DNA of 60,497 nucleotides from Myxococcota bacterium (GTDB lineage Bacteria; Myxococcota_A; Bradymonadia; UBA7976; UBA1532). The notes under the pieces are model-generated. The model was given only the letters and a program-made list of their open reading frames with translations, was not told the DNA's origin and searched no databases. The translations under genes and the position numbers were made by a program. The stretch is taken from assembly GCA_036337435.1 (NCBI GenBank), contig JAYZEG010000089.1, positions 1 to 60,497 of the forward strand, given 5' to 3'. Below, piece by piece: positions 1 through 9,214 of the stretch; positions within the stretch are counted from its first letter, which is position 1, and each line of letters begins with the position of its first letter.

Positions 1-712
1 GGGGGTCTTCTGACATCTTCTTTATGGTTGCGTAAAGACTGCCCTTGATACGCCCAGATATTTCGCCGATCTCCGTTCGGACGGGGATCAGCGCTTGTCG
101 ACCGACCAGACGCCCTTTTGAATTCCGTTCGACGATATAGACTTCCATCTGATCGTGTTCGAATTGAAAGCGTTTCAGCGCGCCTGATTTGGACAATTGA
201 GCTTCGAATCGAGCCCCCGGTTGTGCGTACCGGAAATCGTAAATACCATCTAAGGCCTTAATGATGTCAGTAATGGTTTTGTGTCCGATCCCGAAGTTTT
301 TCAGTGCGCCGCCAACGGTCTGTCCCCGCCCGAGTTCACCCGTTTTCACCAAGGGGGTCGGGTCGCCCTTCGGCATGTTGTCCGGGTTTTTACGACGGGG
401 CTCGGGTTTTATCCGCTTGAGGCCGATGGTTGGCGGAGAGTTCGTTGCACTGCCCCGGTCCGCTCGGATAGGCTCGTTTTCTACGATCTCGTCTGAGGAA
501 CGTTCGTCCGATTTTGCTTCGTTTTGTGTTTGCTCATCCAATTTTTTTTTGCCGGGCACCGCTGCGCTCTCCGCGATAGCAGCCTCATTGTCCGCCGGCA
601 CGACCGCGCCGTCATCGGGTTTTGGATCAATGAAAATAGAGCCAACAATAATCATCAAACCCAGTGCGACTGCACCAAATGCAACATAAAATTTCTGTGG
701 TTGTTCGTTCAT
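1..712 (-). CDS. M23-family (MepM/Csd3-like) peptidoglycan endopeptidase, N-terminal part; runs off the window edge
   Basis: Absent from the ORF track; translated by hand from ATG at 712. It reads MNEQPQKFYVAFGAVALGLMIIVGSIF (TM anchor), a charged linker, then GELGRGQTVGGALKNFGI...ALDGIYDFRYAQPG...EISGRIKGSLYATI, resembling the pre-catalytic domains of MepM-type proteins. The catalytic domain is outside the window. Confidence 0.6.
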   Translation of the reverse strand, partial: MNEQPQKFYVAFGAVALGLMIIVGSIFIDPKPDDGAVVPADNEAAIAESAAVPGKKKLDEQTQNEAKSDERSSDEIVENEPIRADRGSATNSPPTIGLKRIKPEPRRKNPDNMPKGDPTPLVKTGELGRGQTVGGALKNFGIGHKTITDIIKALDGIYDFRYAQPGARFEAQLSKSGALKRFQFEHDQMEVYIVERNSKGRLVGRQALIPVRTEIGEISGRIKGSLYATIKKMSEDP

Positions 713-744
713 GACTTGACCAGAGCATAGCCTGAATCGATGAC

Positions 745-2040
745 TTATGCGACCCGCTCTAATACGGCAGCCGCACCGAGGCCTCCAGCCGCGCAAATGC
801 CGAGTAAAGCTGTTTCGTGTTGGCCTGCCTCAAGCTCGTTTGCCATGGTTGTTACCATTCTTGCGCCGGTCGCACCAAACGGATGTCCGAGTGCGATGGA
901 ACCACCGTGGACATTGAGCGTTTCGAAGTCGACAGTGCCGATGGCCTTGCTTCGACCCAGCCGCATTTTCGCGAATGCATCGCTGCCCAGCATTTTGAGC
1001 ACGCTCAAGACTTGTGCAGCAAAGGCCTCATGCATATCGACCAGTCCGATGTCCTTAAGCGTCAGACCAGCGGCATCGAGGGCCGCAGGCATTGCCAATG
1101 CAGGCCCCATCAACAACTGGTCCGCCGGATCGACTGCTCGGTATGCCCATGAACGGAAAGCGGCTTTCGGTCTGTAGCCTAACGCGCGAGCCTTGTCTTC
1201 GCTCATGAGAAGCACCGCCGACGCACCGTCGGTCAATGGGCTTGAATTGCCTGCTGTCAATGTCCCTGAACGAGCGAAAACTGGACGGAGCTTAGCGAGT
1301 TTTTCAACGCTCGTATCGCCGCGGACCAATGAATCGGTATAGACTGCGCCCTTGCGCGTTTGCACGGGGGTGACTTCGTCGTCAAAACGCCCGGATGAGA
1401 TGGCCGCCGCTGCTCGATGATGGGATGCAACCGTAAATTCATCTTGAGCAACTCGACTGATCTCGTTTCTTTTGGCCATGTCCTCAGCCGCTTCACCCAT
1501 CACCTGGCCTGTTGTACGCTCTGCAATCTTAGGCATCCTAGGCAAGAGATCTGTGAATGGGGCCAGTTGGGCGACGAGTTGCAGATAATCCGCAGGGGTT
1601 GCTTTTCCACCCATGACGACCGGACCCACGGTGCGTACAAATTTTTGCGGCATTTTAAGCTCACCATTGCTGGTGGAATCTGAGCCGCCGGCGATTGCAC
1701 AATCATATTCACCGCGCTCGATGGCCGCTGCCGCAAGGGTGACTGCTTGAAGTCCTGATGCACATGCACGCGTCACAGTCATTCCTTCTACGCGGCTTGG
1801 GAGTCCAAGGTCTAACGCGATCTCTCGCGCGATGTTGGGCGCAGCACTGGGCAGAATTACTCCGCCCCAAACGATGCTATCAACAGCATCGCGGGGCACC
1901 GCGTATCGGTCCATGAGGCCCTTGACTGCGGCATCGGCCAGATCGATTGAATCGAGTTCGATAAACTCTTTAAATGCTTTGACAAATGGTGTTCTGACTC
2001 CGCCGACGATGACGGCCCTGCGTTTTTGTGATTTTGGCAT
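745..2040 (-). CDS. fadI: Acetyl-CoA C-acyltransferase (thiolase, FadI/FadA2-like)
   Basis: GVRTPF N-terminus, TRACASG active-site Cys, MHEAF, GGSIALGHPFGATG and GICAAGGLG motifs. Confidence 0.9.
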   Translation of the reverse strand: MPKSQKRRAVIVGGVRTPFVKAFKEFIELDSIDLADAAVKGLMDRYAVPRDAVDSIVWGGVILPSAAPNIAREIALDLGLPSRVEGMTVTRACASGLQAVTLAAAAIERGEYDCAIAGGSDSTSNGELKMPQKFVRTVGPVVMGGKATPADYLQLVAQLAPFTDLLPRMPKIAERTTGQVMGEAAEDMAKRNEISRVAQDEFTVASHHRAAAAISSGRFDDEVTPVQTRKGAVYTDSLVRGDTSVEKLAKLRPVFARSGTLTAGNSSPLTDGASAVLLMSEDKARALGYRPKAAFRSWAYRAVDPADQLLMGPALAMPAALDAAGLTLKDIGLVDMHEAFAAQVLSVLKMLGSDAFAKMRLGRSKAIGTVDFETLNVHGGSIALGHPFGATGARMVTTMANELEAGQHETALLGICAAGGLGAAAVLERVA

Positions 2041-2052
2041 AGTGAAACTCCC

Positions 2053-3486
2053 TTATGCACCGAGGAACATGCCACCGCACGCTCTCATGACCTGGCCACT
2101 TGTCCCAGCTGCTCCCGGTGTGACGAGATAGGCAATTAATTCAGCGACATCGTGAGGTTCGCCTCCTTGTCCGAGTGCGCTCAACCGCCGCCCGACTTCA
2201 CGTGTCATCACCGGAATCGCTCGTGTCAGCCGTGTTTCGATAAAGCCAGGCGCGACGGCGTTAATGGTTCCTCCGGTCTTGGCCAGCGTCGCAGCGGCAC
2301 TTTTGACGTACCCCACAAGGCCCGCTTTTGATGCAGCATAGTTGGTTTGCCCGACGTTACCCGCGAGGCCCGCCACGCTCGACAAACAGACGATCCGCGC
2401 GTTGTCTGCTAAAACCGACGGAAAAAGAGCCTCGTTGATGCGGAGAACCGCTCCGAGATTAACATCGACCGCTTGGTCCCACCATTCGGGCTTCATCCGA
2501 GCCAGGGTTTTGTCCCGCGTGATGCCCGCATTGTGAACAATGATATCGATGCAGCCGCCGTCCTCGTCAATGGCTTTCTGGATGAGTTTGGGAGCGTTAG
2601 GGTCGGTAATATCGACCATCAGAGGAACCCCGCCGACTTCAGCAGCGATGGCGCTGGTTGCGTCCTCATCACCCGGCCGATCTAGGCAAATGACCCGGGC
2701 ACCTTCAGCCGCCAAAAGTCGAGCCGTCGCTGCGCCGATGCCTCTTGCTGCGCCTGTAATCAGCGCTGTTTTGTTCTCGAGTGGCCTCGTCAGCTTTCCT
2801 GAAAGCCTTGATTTGACTCGGCTGCTGACTCTCCACGGTTGGCCGGAGATAAAAGCCGACCGCTTCGACATGAGAAAACGGAGTAATGGTTTGAGCCGAG
2901 CTTCAGCCTTTTGGGCGACGTAGACAACGTGGGCTGTTGACCCCTTTCGGCCGATTTCCCGAGTCACCGAGCGAATAAAGCCATCGAGGCCTGCTTGCGC
3001 GGCAGCCTTACTCGGGTTGCTTTGGTCTTCCGGTGGCCGCCCGATGACCACAACCCGACCGCATCGACCGAGGCGTGGCAGCCAATGGTGAAAAAAATCA
3101 TAAAGCTGTCTCAGAGTCTCAGGTCGATCAATGCCGGTGGCATCGAAAACCAGTCCCTGTACTGTCCCCTCAGAACTTGTATCGCCAAGGGTCGCATGGG
3201 TAACCGACCGTCCGTAGGCTTCACCGGTGCTCAGCCAATGAGAACTGACTCTGGACTTGTTGACGACAACCGCGTTAGCGCCGGCTTCAATCACCGTCTC
3301 GGCCAGAGCCCTATCGACGGCCCCCGTTTCACTCATGACGCAGATGCATTGACCATCTAATGGGCGTTCGACGCGAGGATGACGAGTTCGCGCCAGTTTC
3401 TGCGGCGTTGGAATGGGTAAACCCAGTTGCTTGATGCCTTGGCGAAACCAAGGATTGCTGCTCAGTTCGACGAGTGTATCTGTCAT
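2053..3486 (-). CDS. fabG: High-molecular-weight 3-oxoacyl reductase (FabG4-like SDR)
   Basis: C-terminal SDR with TGAARGIG, HNAGITRD and YAASK (YxxxK). An extra N-terminal degenerate domain is typical of FabG4. Confidence 0.88.
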   Translation of the reverse strand: MTDTLVELSSNPWFRQGIKQLGLPIPTPQKLARTRHPRVERPLDGQCICVMSETGAVDRALAETVIEAGANAVVVNKSRVSSHWLSTGEAYGRSVTHATLGDTSSEGTVQGLVFDATGIDRPETLRQLYDFFHHWLPRLGRCGRVVVIGRPPEDQSNPSKAAAQAGLDGFIRSVTREIGRKGSTAHVVYVAQKAEARLKPLLRFLMSKRSAFISGQPWRVSSRVKSRLSGKLTRPLENKTALITGAARGIGAATARLLAAEGARVICLDRPGDEDATSAIAAEVGGVPLMVDITDPNAPKLIQKAIDEDGGCIDIIVHNAGITRDKTLARMKPEWWDQAVDVNLGAVLRINEALFPSVLADNARIVCLSSVAGLAGNVGQTNYAASKAGLVGYVKSAAATLAKTGGTINAVAPGFIETRLTRAIPVMTREVGRRLSALGQGGEPHDVAELIAYLVTPGAAGTSGQVMRACGGMFLGA

Positions 3487-4397
3487 TTTTTGTCGCCTTT
3501 CGGATGGCGCGTGTGTGGTTCGAAATGGCCCTTCAGATAGGCGCGACTTCCCGGAGCATGGCCAACGTAGAAATCATCAGCGCACGTGTAGATACAGACT
3601 TTGTTGGGGACTTTGAGCGGCCGGGTAAATCGGACTTCAAACGCTCCTGGCCTATGGATGTCTCCCCCCCATTGACTTCGGCGGATTCTTTCTATGGCGC
3701 CCGTGAGGCTTCCAAAGCCGTGAAGGATCCGTTTGCCAAATCCCGCGATTTTTGCATACGGAGTCAGCCAGTGTATGGGGTTAAAATCGCCTGTAAGACA
3801 AGCAAAGCTAAGTCCCGCATCCGCTGGGATTCTCCAATCAGATATGGGCTTTGCGTTGAGTGGGACAACGACCGGAGTTCGTGGCGTTTTTGACTTCGAT
3901 GGAGCCAGCGGAATAACCATTTGCACATCTGCGCTAGAGAGAAGCTCGCCGTCCGGACTCGAGGTCATCAAACGCTGTGTGAGTATGGCGCGACGTCCGT
4001 TGTCGTCAATCTCGCTCAAGAATGCCTCGAGATGCAGGTCCATTCCGCGGGGGATCGGACGGTGGCTGACCACTCGACAACCGCCATTCAGAACTTTAGC
4101 GAGCGGGTAGGTGATGGAGGTGAGTGTTTGCCCGAGCAATGGGAAGCCCCATTGAGGAAACAGGGCGGGCGGAACAAACCCTTTCCACGCACGTACATCG
4201 CCACCAGACCACCTGATGAAGTCATCGATGAGAGCATCCGACCGCGGAGATACGATCTGACGTATTTTTGGGCCCGGTAGCTCCGGTGATGCCTCGCTTG
4301 TAGTACGAAAACGCTGTGTGGCTGCTGTAATCGCAATGCGGCCTAGCGTGCCCAGTACGGGGCCTTGATGCGCGATATGTCGATAAGGCACAGACAT
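3483..4397 (-). CDS. MaoC/HtdX-like double hot-dog acyl dehydratase
   Basis: Hydratase motif FACLTGDFNPIHW...ILHGF. ATG at 4397 follows a GAGGAG RBS (start trimmed from the ORF track). ATGA overlap with the reductase gene. Confidence 0.85.
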   Translation of the reverse strand: MSVPYRHIAHQGPVLGTLGRIAITAATQRFRTTSEASPELPGPKIRQIVSPRSDALIDDFIRWSGGDVRAWKGFVPPALFPQWGFPLLGQTLTSITYPLAKVLNGGCRVVSHRPIPRGMDLHLEAFLSEIDDNGRRAILTQRLMTSSPDGELLSSADVQMVIPLAPSKSKTPRTPVVVPLNAKPISDWRIPADAGLSFACLTGDFNPIHWLTPYAKIAGFGKRILHGFGSLTGAIERIRRSQWGGDIHRPGAFEVRFTRPLKVPNKVCIYTCADDFYVGHAPGSRAYLKGHFEPHTRHPKGDKK

Positions 4398-4719
4398 TGT
4401 CTCTCTCCTCACGTCTCTGCGCAGTGGGACCGCGCCCAATAGAGTGAACTGACTCGTTCCTTTAATGTACCGATTGTTACAGGGAATACCGAAGGTGACA
4501 CGGTGCGTCAAACCAAAAGCCGAAATCCGTTTGATTTAGACTTTTTTCGATGTTGAAATTTGCTGGAGTGTTGCCAGAGCAAACATATTCTTGAACACGA
4601 ATAACCCGACTGATAGTCTCCGTTCGAACCGAGCTTTTCGGTAACCGTAATCACAACTGCTCAATCGAATCGGTACGAGACTAATTTGAGTCGTGATTTG
4701 TCTATTTAAGGAGCCAACT

Positions 4720-5193
4720 ATGTTGAAGAAGTTAACCACCGTTTTGGAACAAGTTAAGCCAGCTGAAACAGCGGAAGCACACTGCGATGGCCCATGTGGG
4801 GTCTATGACCCAGCATCGGCACGGATTGCGGCTGAGGCCGCTGCCTCGATGACGAAGAAAATTGTGGCTCTTGAAACGCCCGATGCCGGCAATTCGGCTG
4901 CGATGGCCGCGTATCTTAATACGCTGTCACGTTATGTTGCGATTAAAGAAGAGCAAGCGCATCTCGCCAAAGAAGAGCTGCTTGTGCTGTGGACCGACTA
5001 TTTTAAGCCACAACATCTTGAGGCTTATCCTGAATTACACAACACGTTCTGGACTGCTGCAAAGCTGTGTTCGGCTGTCAAAGTCGAAGTCAGTGTGCAG
5101 CATGCACAGGAATTGATGGATGCGATTAAAGAGATCCACACAATTTTCTGGGCAACCAAAGGGCGCGATGTCACTTGGTACACTGCGAGTTAA
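4720..5193 (+). CDS. sodN: Nickel superoxide dismutase precursor
   Basis: Ni-hook HCDGPCGVYDP after a short leader ending AEA, plus LWTDYFK. AAGGAG RBS before ATG 4720. Confidence 0.97.
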   Translation: MLKKLTTVLEQVKPAETAEAHCDGPCGVYDPASARIAAEAAASMTKKIVALETPDAGNSAAMAAYLNTLSRYVAIKEEQAHLAKEELLVLWTDYFKPQHLEAYPELHNTFWTAAKLCSAVKVEVSVQHAQELMDAIKEIHTIFWATKGRDVTWYTAS

Positions 5194-5194
5194 G

Positions 5195-5536
5195 TTGAAA
5201 CCCGTTCCCGGCTTGACGTTCGGGGAATTTTTCCAATGGCTCATTCAGCGTCGCCGCCGATTTAAAGTCGGTGGCGATTCTATGTTGCCAACCTTGGCAC
5301 CAGACGATCACGTCCTGGTTGATCCGTCCGCCTATGGCACAGCGATGCCCAGTTCGGGCGACATCGTTATTGCGCGACATCCGTACCAGGCAGTCTTTGT
5401 GATCAAGCGCATTGGCCGAGTAGAAGACTCTGCCGTCGAACTGGTTGGGGACAATCCCCGGTCGAGCACTGATAGTCGGATTTATGGCCTGATTCCGGTA
5501 GAGCGGGTTCTCGGCCGGGTGACGAGCCGCATTTGA
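5195..5536 (+). CDS. sodX: NiSOD maturation protease (S26 family)
   Basis: VGGDSMLPTL (catalytic Ser), VIKRI (Lys), GDNPRSSTDSR. Directly downstream of sodN; TTG start inferred. Confidence 0.92.
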   Translation: MKPVPGLTFGEFFQWLIQRRRRFKVGGDSMLPTLAPDDHVLVDPSAYGTAMPSSGDIVIARHPYQAVFVIKRIGRVEDSAVELVGDNPRSSTDSRIYGLIPVERVLGRVTSRI

Positions 5537-5546
5537 GAGATGCCTA

Positions 5547-6215
5547 ATGCTAGCGTTTTTGACTGGATTGGTCGCAGGTACTGGACACGTGATTTCAGGC
5601 CCCGACCATTGGGCGGCGGTTGCTCCCATCAGCGCATCAAGACCTGAGGGCGCAATCCGCTTCGGGTTTCGTTGGGGGCTTGGTCATGGCATCGGCGTGC
5701 TCGTCATGGGTCTGATTGGTATTGGTCTCAAAGATGCGATCAGTCTAGACGGGATTTCGAACATCGCTGAGATTTTCGTTGGAGGGACCCTGCTTTTCAC
5801 AGGTGTTTGGGCTTTAGTGAAATCCCGTTCGCTCGTCGTTCATAAACATCCCCATGAACATGAAGAACACCAACATGAGCATTACCATGTGCACACCGGC
5901 CTCTCAACGGCCGAACATGAGCGTAGTCATCTACGACACGAGCATGCGGCGAGTGGGATTGGGTTGCTCCATGGAGTTGCAGGGTCGGGCCATGTATGGG
6001 GCCTCTTACCGTCTCTCGCGCTGCCCGTTGCCGATGCGGTGCTTTACCTCACGGCATTTGTCGGCTCATCCATCCTATCCATGTCCCTGTTTTCCCATTG
6101 CATCGGGCTTTTTTTGAGGAATAAAGGCAGTTTGGTGATGAGAAGAAGTCTGAGGGTAACCGGCCTCTTATCCATGCTTGTCGGTGGCTATTGGTTTTTC
6201 CACTCCATCGCTTAG
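5547..6215 (+). CDS. His-rich nickel permease (UreH/SodT-like)
   Basis: About 6 hydrophobic segments, GHVISGPDH, WGLGH and GLLHGVAG motifs, and a His-rich loop HKHPHEHEEHQHEHYHVH. Third gene of the sodN cassette. Confidence 0.85.
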   Translation: MLAFLTGLVAGTGHVISGPDHWAAVAPISASRPEGAIRFGFRWGLGHGIGVLVMGLIGIGLKDAISLDGISNIAEIFVGGTLLFTGVWALVKSRSLVVHKHPHEHEEHQHEHYHVHTGLSTAEHERSHLRHEHAASGIGLLHGVAGSGHVWGLLPSLALPVADAVLYLTAFVGSSILSMSLFSHCIGLFLRNKGSLVMRRSLRVTGLLSMLVGGYWFFHSIA

Positions 6216-9142
6216 AACCAGCGGCCGAGGAAAAAATAAATTTGCTGTTCGCCCTCCGCTAGAAACCCGCGTGCGTATCCAAAACGAATCGACATGGGAA
6301 TGCGCCAAGCAATTTGCGCTTCGCTTAACACTTCTGCGCCGACTGAGCGCCGAAACTGATTGAGTTTCAACTTTAGAGGGTCGTAACTCGCTTGAACCCA
6401 GTCTGTGAAGAGTGCGAGTTTGAATCGTTTTAGAAAAAGCGGAATGGTTTCGATGCCTGCGAATATGTCCAGGATGGGTAATCTGTACTCTGTTCGCAAA
6501 AACAAATACCGATTGCCCGTCACAGAATTGGTGGGATAGCCCCGTAGGAATCCATTGCCCATGTTGATTTCATCGAGAGCATCGAACAAGACATTACGCT
6601 GCGCTGGGGCCCCGAAGCTGTAGGCGGGACGAACCGAACCATCCCCGCGCCCGCTGGCCGCCCGCGTTGAGACAGCCAGCACGTGTCGCCCTATCACGGG
6701 GATATACCCCTTTAGGTTCATAAACACCTCCGCACTCTCTACCTCTCCGCCAAGCTCTGGTCGCCTTATCCGGAGGCTTGCCTGAGCCGACCAACCGGTC
6801 TCTGTTGAAATCGAATCAAAGAATCTGTCGGTGTTGCCAAGAGAAATGCTCATCGTGAGCGATGCACTTTGGGTTTCACTGGGCAAATTGGGTTGAATAT
6901 CAATGGGATCAAATCTTGGATCGAGATTATCGGCCGGGCGGGTCCAGGCCAAATTATAACCGAGGCTTGTACCCACCGCGAGGGCCCCCAATCGGAGTGG
7001 CAGGTTAATGCTCGTTCCTGCGACGGAAACCCGTTCGCGCCACGCCTGCTGGCTGCGGTCGTAATAGGCAGCTGAGGGGCGGGTACGAGTCAGATGGGCG
7101 ACGCTCAGTCCAAAGACGGGTCTGAGTCGGCGATATGCGTATGAGCCACTGAATCCGACGGTGTTTTCTTCCGGCAAACTGTTGACCAGAGCCATCAGCG
7201 TGTGATGTGCCAACGGGTCTGATACTTCAAGATCAACGCCGAGATTGCTCGCGAGGTCTGTCGCTGTGGAGAACGCAAAGGTGGGTGCCCAATTCTGAGG
7301 CCACATGTAAGACCATCCGAGGTAGGGCTCGTCAGCAAGCGTCGGCTGGACTTGGGTTCGAATGGACGCAGATTTTGAAACACGCATCGGGTGTTTTGGT
7401 GCATCTTCGGTTTCATTGAGGGGCATGGTCCTCGCGATGTCGTAGCCAGTGGCTGTCAAAGTGGTTACGAAGAGGCTCTGGCCCTCAGGAACGATAATGG
7501 GGTTCGTGGCACCGGTGACCACCCGCGTCAGACGAGAGTCCACGCCCGATTCAATGTTGAGCCTGTAAATATCAAAAATACCGGTTCGGTCGCTCGCGTA
7601 CACAACGTCACGATCGCCTGGGGCAAATACCGGGTTTAGTTCAAGTGCTTTGTCTCGGGTTAATCTCTTAATGACAGTGCCTTGGGCATCCATGAGATAA
7701 AGATCCCGCCCAAGGTTTGGATCCACAATCGTTGCGACCATGAGTTTATCGTTATTCGAGATACGAGGCAGCCCAACCTGTGCCCCAGCATTGGGCTTGA
7801 AGATTTTCGTGATATCGCCGGTCTCGAGGTTTACTCGGACCAGCCGAGTGTGTCCATCGACGACTTGAACAGCGACAAGCCACCGACCGTTTGATGAACA
7901 CGTGATCTCTCGTAAGCGCGCACCGAACGTAATCCGTCGAATGGGTCCGTTGTTCAGCGGTTTGGTATAAAGGTCATTAAACCCGTAAGCCCCCTGAAAT
8001 TGAATGCGCCGCGTAAAGGCGATGTGCCCGGGTCCACACACATCGAAATCTTGTAGTCCATCGCCTTGAAAGATCATCTTTTTAGACGCCCCTTGTCCCT
8101 CGCTCATAGAGGTTGACCGGCTGACAATAGCGGCTTCATCGTGACCGCTTTCCAAGCTCAGTAGCCGACCATTCGCTCCAATTCGTAGATGGCTCTTCAT
8201 CCGGCCATCGGACGTAAGGTGGTGGAGTCTTGAAAGGCCTTTTTTGGCCAGGTTTCGGTATGTCCGTCTGGCGTCAAGAACCAGGTGGTTTTGCCACCGC
8301 CTGTACAGGCTAACGAGCGTTTCACCTGTTCCTTTTTTCGTCGCGCGGTTGATGCCAAATGGAAGAAGGTCATCGGCGATCTCTTGGTGGATGAGACGGA
8401 CCCAATCAGATCCGTATTGAGAGACAAGCCACTGCACGAAGTGGCCTCCATACATGTACCAGATGTTGGCATCAGGCCAATCCGGGGGGATATGGGTCAT
8501 CCGTGCCATATCGTGAAGCTGGTCTGCCAGAGCTTGAGCTCGTAATGTCCCGGTGAAGAGAGCGGATTGAATTCGGCCAAAGCCGGTTGTCTTAGATTCC
8601 GCCCAGACCGCACCGCCTTCGAGCGTGAAGGACGGTAAATTCTGATTAGGAACGAAGAGACGACCAAAAAGCTGATTCAAGAATTGGGGGATACCCGCCA
8701 CCTGGTCCAACTGAAGAATATGAGTGAATTCATGGAAAATGAGGAGCTTGAGCCAGTCATCATAATTGCCAAGGTTGCCATCGAGTCTCGGGGGGGCCGC
8801 GAACAGGACCATTCTTGGTGAAGGAATGGCTGTCGCGGACCCGTTGGAGTCATCGCCGAAGTCTGTCAAACTGACGTCGACGCGCGTGGTCGGTGTGTGC
8901 TGGAAGAGGGGACTTAATTGTTCGAAGGCGTCTTCACAGAGGACGGCCGTTCGATGTGCGAGCGTGTTTAGATGTGAGGGGAAGTGAATTCGGAAATGGC
9001 GGGTTTCGATGGTCCGCCACTGTACGCGACCATCCCCAGCCAACCCTAGACTTGGCTCAAGGACATGACTCACCAATGTCAAGAGCACGAGTGTCCCCAA
9101 TTTTGTGACCCGGCGCATGCTGGATTCAGAATTGAGATTCAT
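6212..9142 (-). CDS. Omp85/BamA-TamA-family outer-membrane protein with N-terminal zinc-peptidase and TolB/WD40-like propeller domains
   Basis: Signal peptide, HEFTH...EG zincin motif, propeller repeats (NPVFAPGDRDVVYASDRTGIFDIY), LRGY loop motif and aromatic C-terminus FFLGRWF. Confidence 0.78.
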   Translation of the reverse strand: MNLNSESSMRRVTKLGTLVLLTLVSHVLEPSLGLAGDGRVQWRTIETRHFRIHFPSHLNTLAHRTAVLCEDAFEQLSPLFQHTPTTRVDVSLTDFGDDSNGSATAIPSPRMVLFAAPPRLDGNLGNYDDWLKLLIFHEFTHILQLDQVAGIPQFLNQLFGRLFVPNQNLPSFTLEGGAVWAESKTTGFGRIQSALFTGTLRAQALADQLHDMARMTHIPPDWPDANIWYMYGGHFVQWLVSQYGSDWVRLIHQEIADDLLPFGINRATKKGTGETLVSLYRRWQNHLVLDARRTYRNLAKKGLSRLHHLTSDGRMKSHLRIGANGRLLSLESGHDEAAIVSRSTSMSEGQGASKKMIFQGDGLQDFDVCGPGHIAFTRRIQFQGAYGFNDLYTKPLNNGPIRRITFGARLREITCSSNGRWLVAVQVVDGHTRLVRVNLETGDITKIFKPNAGAQVGLPRISNNDKLMVATIVDPNLGRDLYLMDAQGTVIKRLTRDKALELNPVFAPGDRDVVYASDRTGIFDIYRLNIESGVDSRLTRVVTGATNPIIVPEGQSLFVTTLTATGYDIARTMPLNETEDAPKHPMRVSKSASIRTQVQPTLADEPYLGWSYMWPQNWAPTFAFSTATDLASNLGVDLEVSDPLAHHTLMALVNSLPEENTVGFSGSYAYRRLRPVFGLSVAHLTRTRPSAAYYDRSQQAWRERVSVAGTSINLPLRLGALAVGTSLGYNLAWTRPADNLDPRFDPIDIQPNLPSETQSASLTMSISLGNTDRFFDSISTETGWSAQASLRIRRPELGGEVESAEVFMNLKGYIPVIGRHVLAVSTRAASGRGDGSVRPAYSFGAPAQRNVLFDALDEINMGNGFLRGYPTNSVTGNRYLFLRTEYRLPILDIFAGIETIPLFLKRFKLALFTDWVQASYDPLKLKLNQFRRSVGAEVLSEAQIAWRIPMSIRFGYARGFLAEGEQQIYFFLGRWF

Positions 9143-9214
9143 TGAACCTAGGGGCTTTCGAATCGCTCCCTGCTGTGTAATTCTCCGGATTCTAATCCAG
9201 CTATCGGATATGAA

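Noticed and set aside
5840..5950. CAT/GAA-rich quasi-repeat
   Set aside because: It simply encodes the His-rich loop of the Ni permease.
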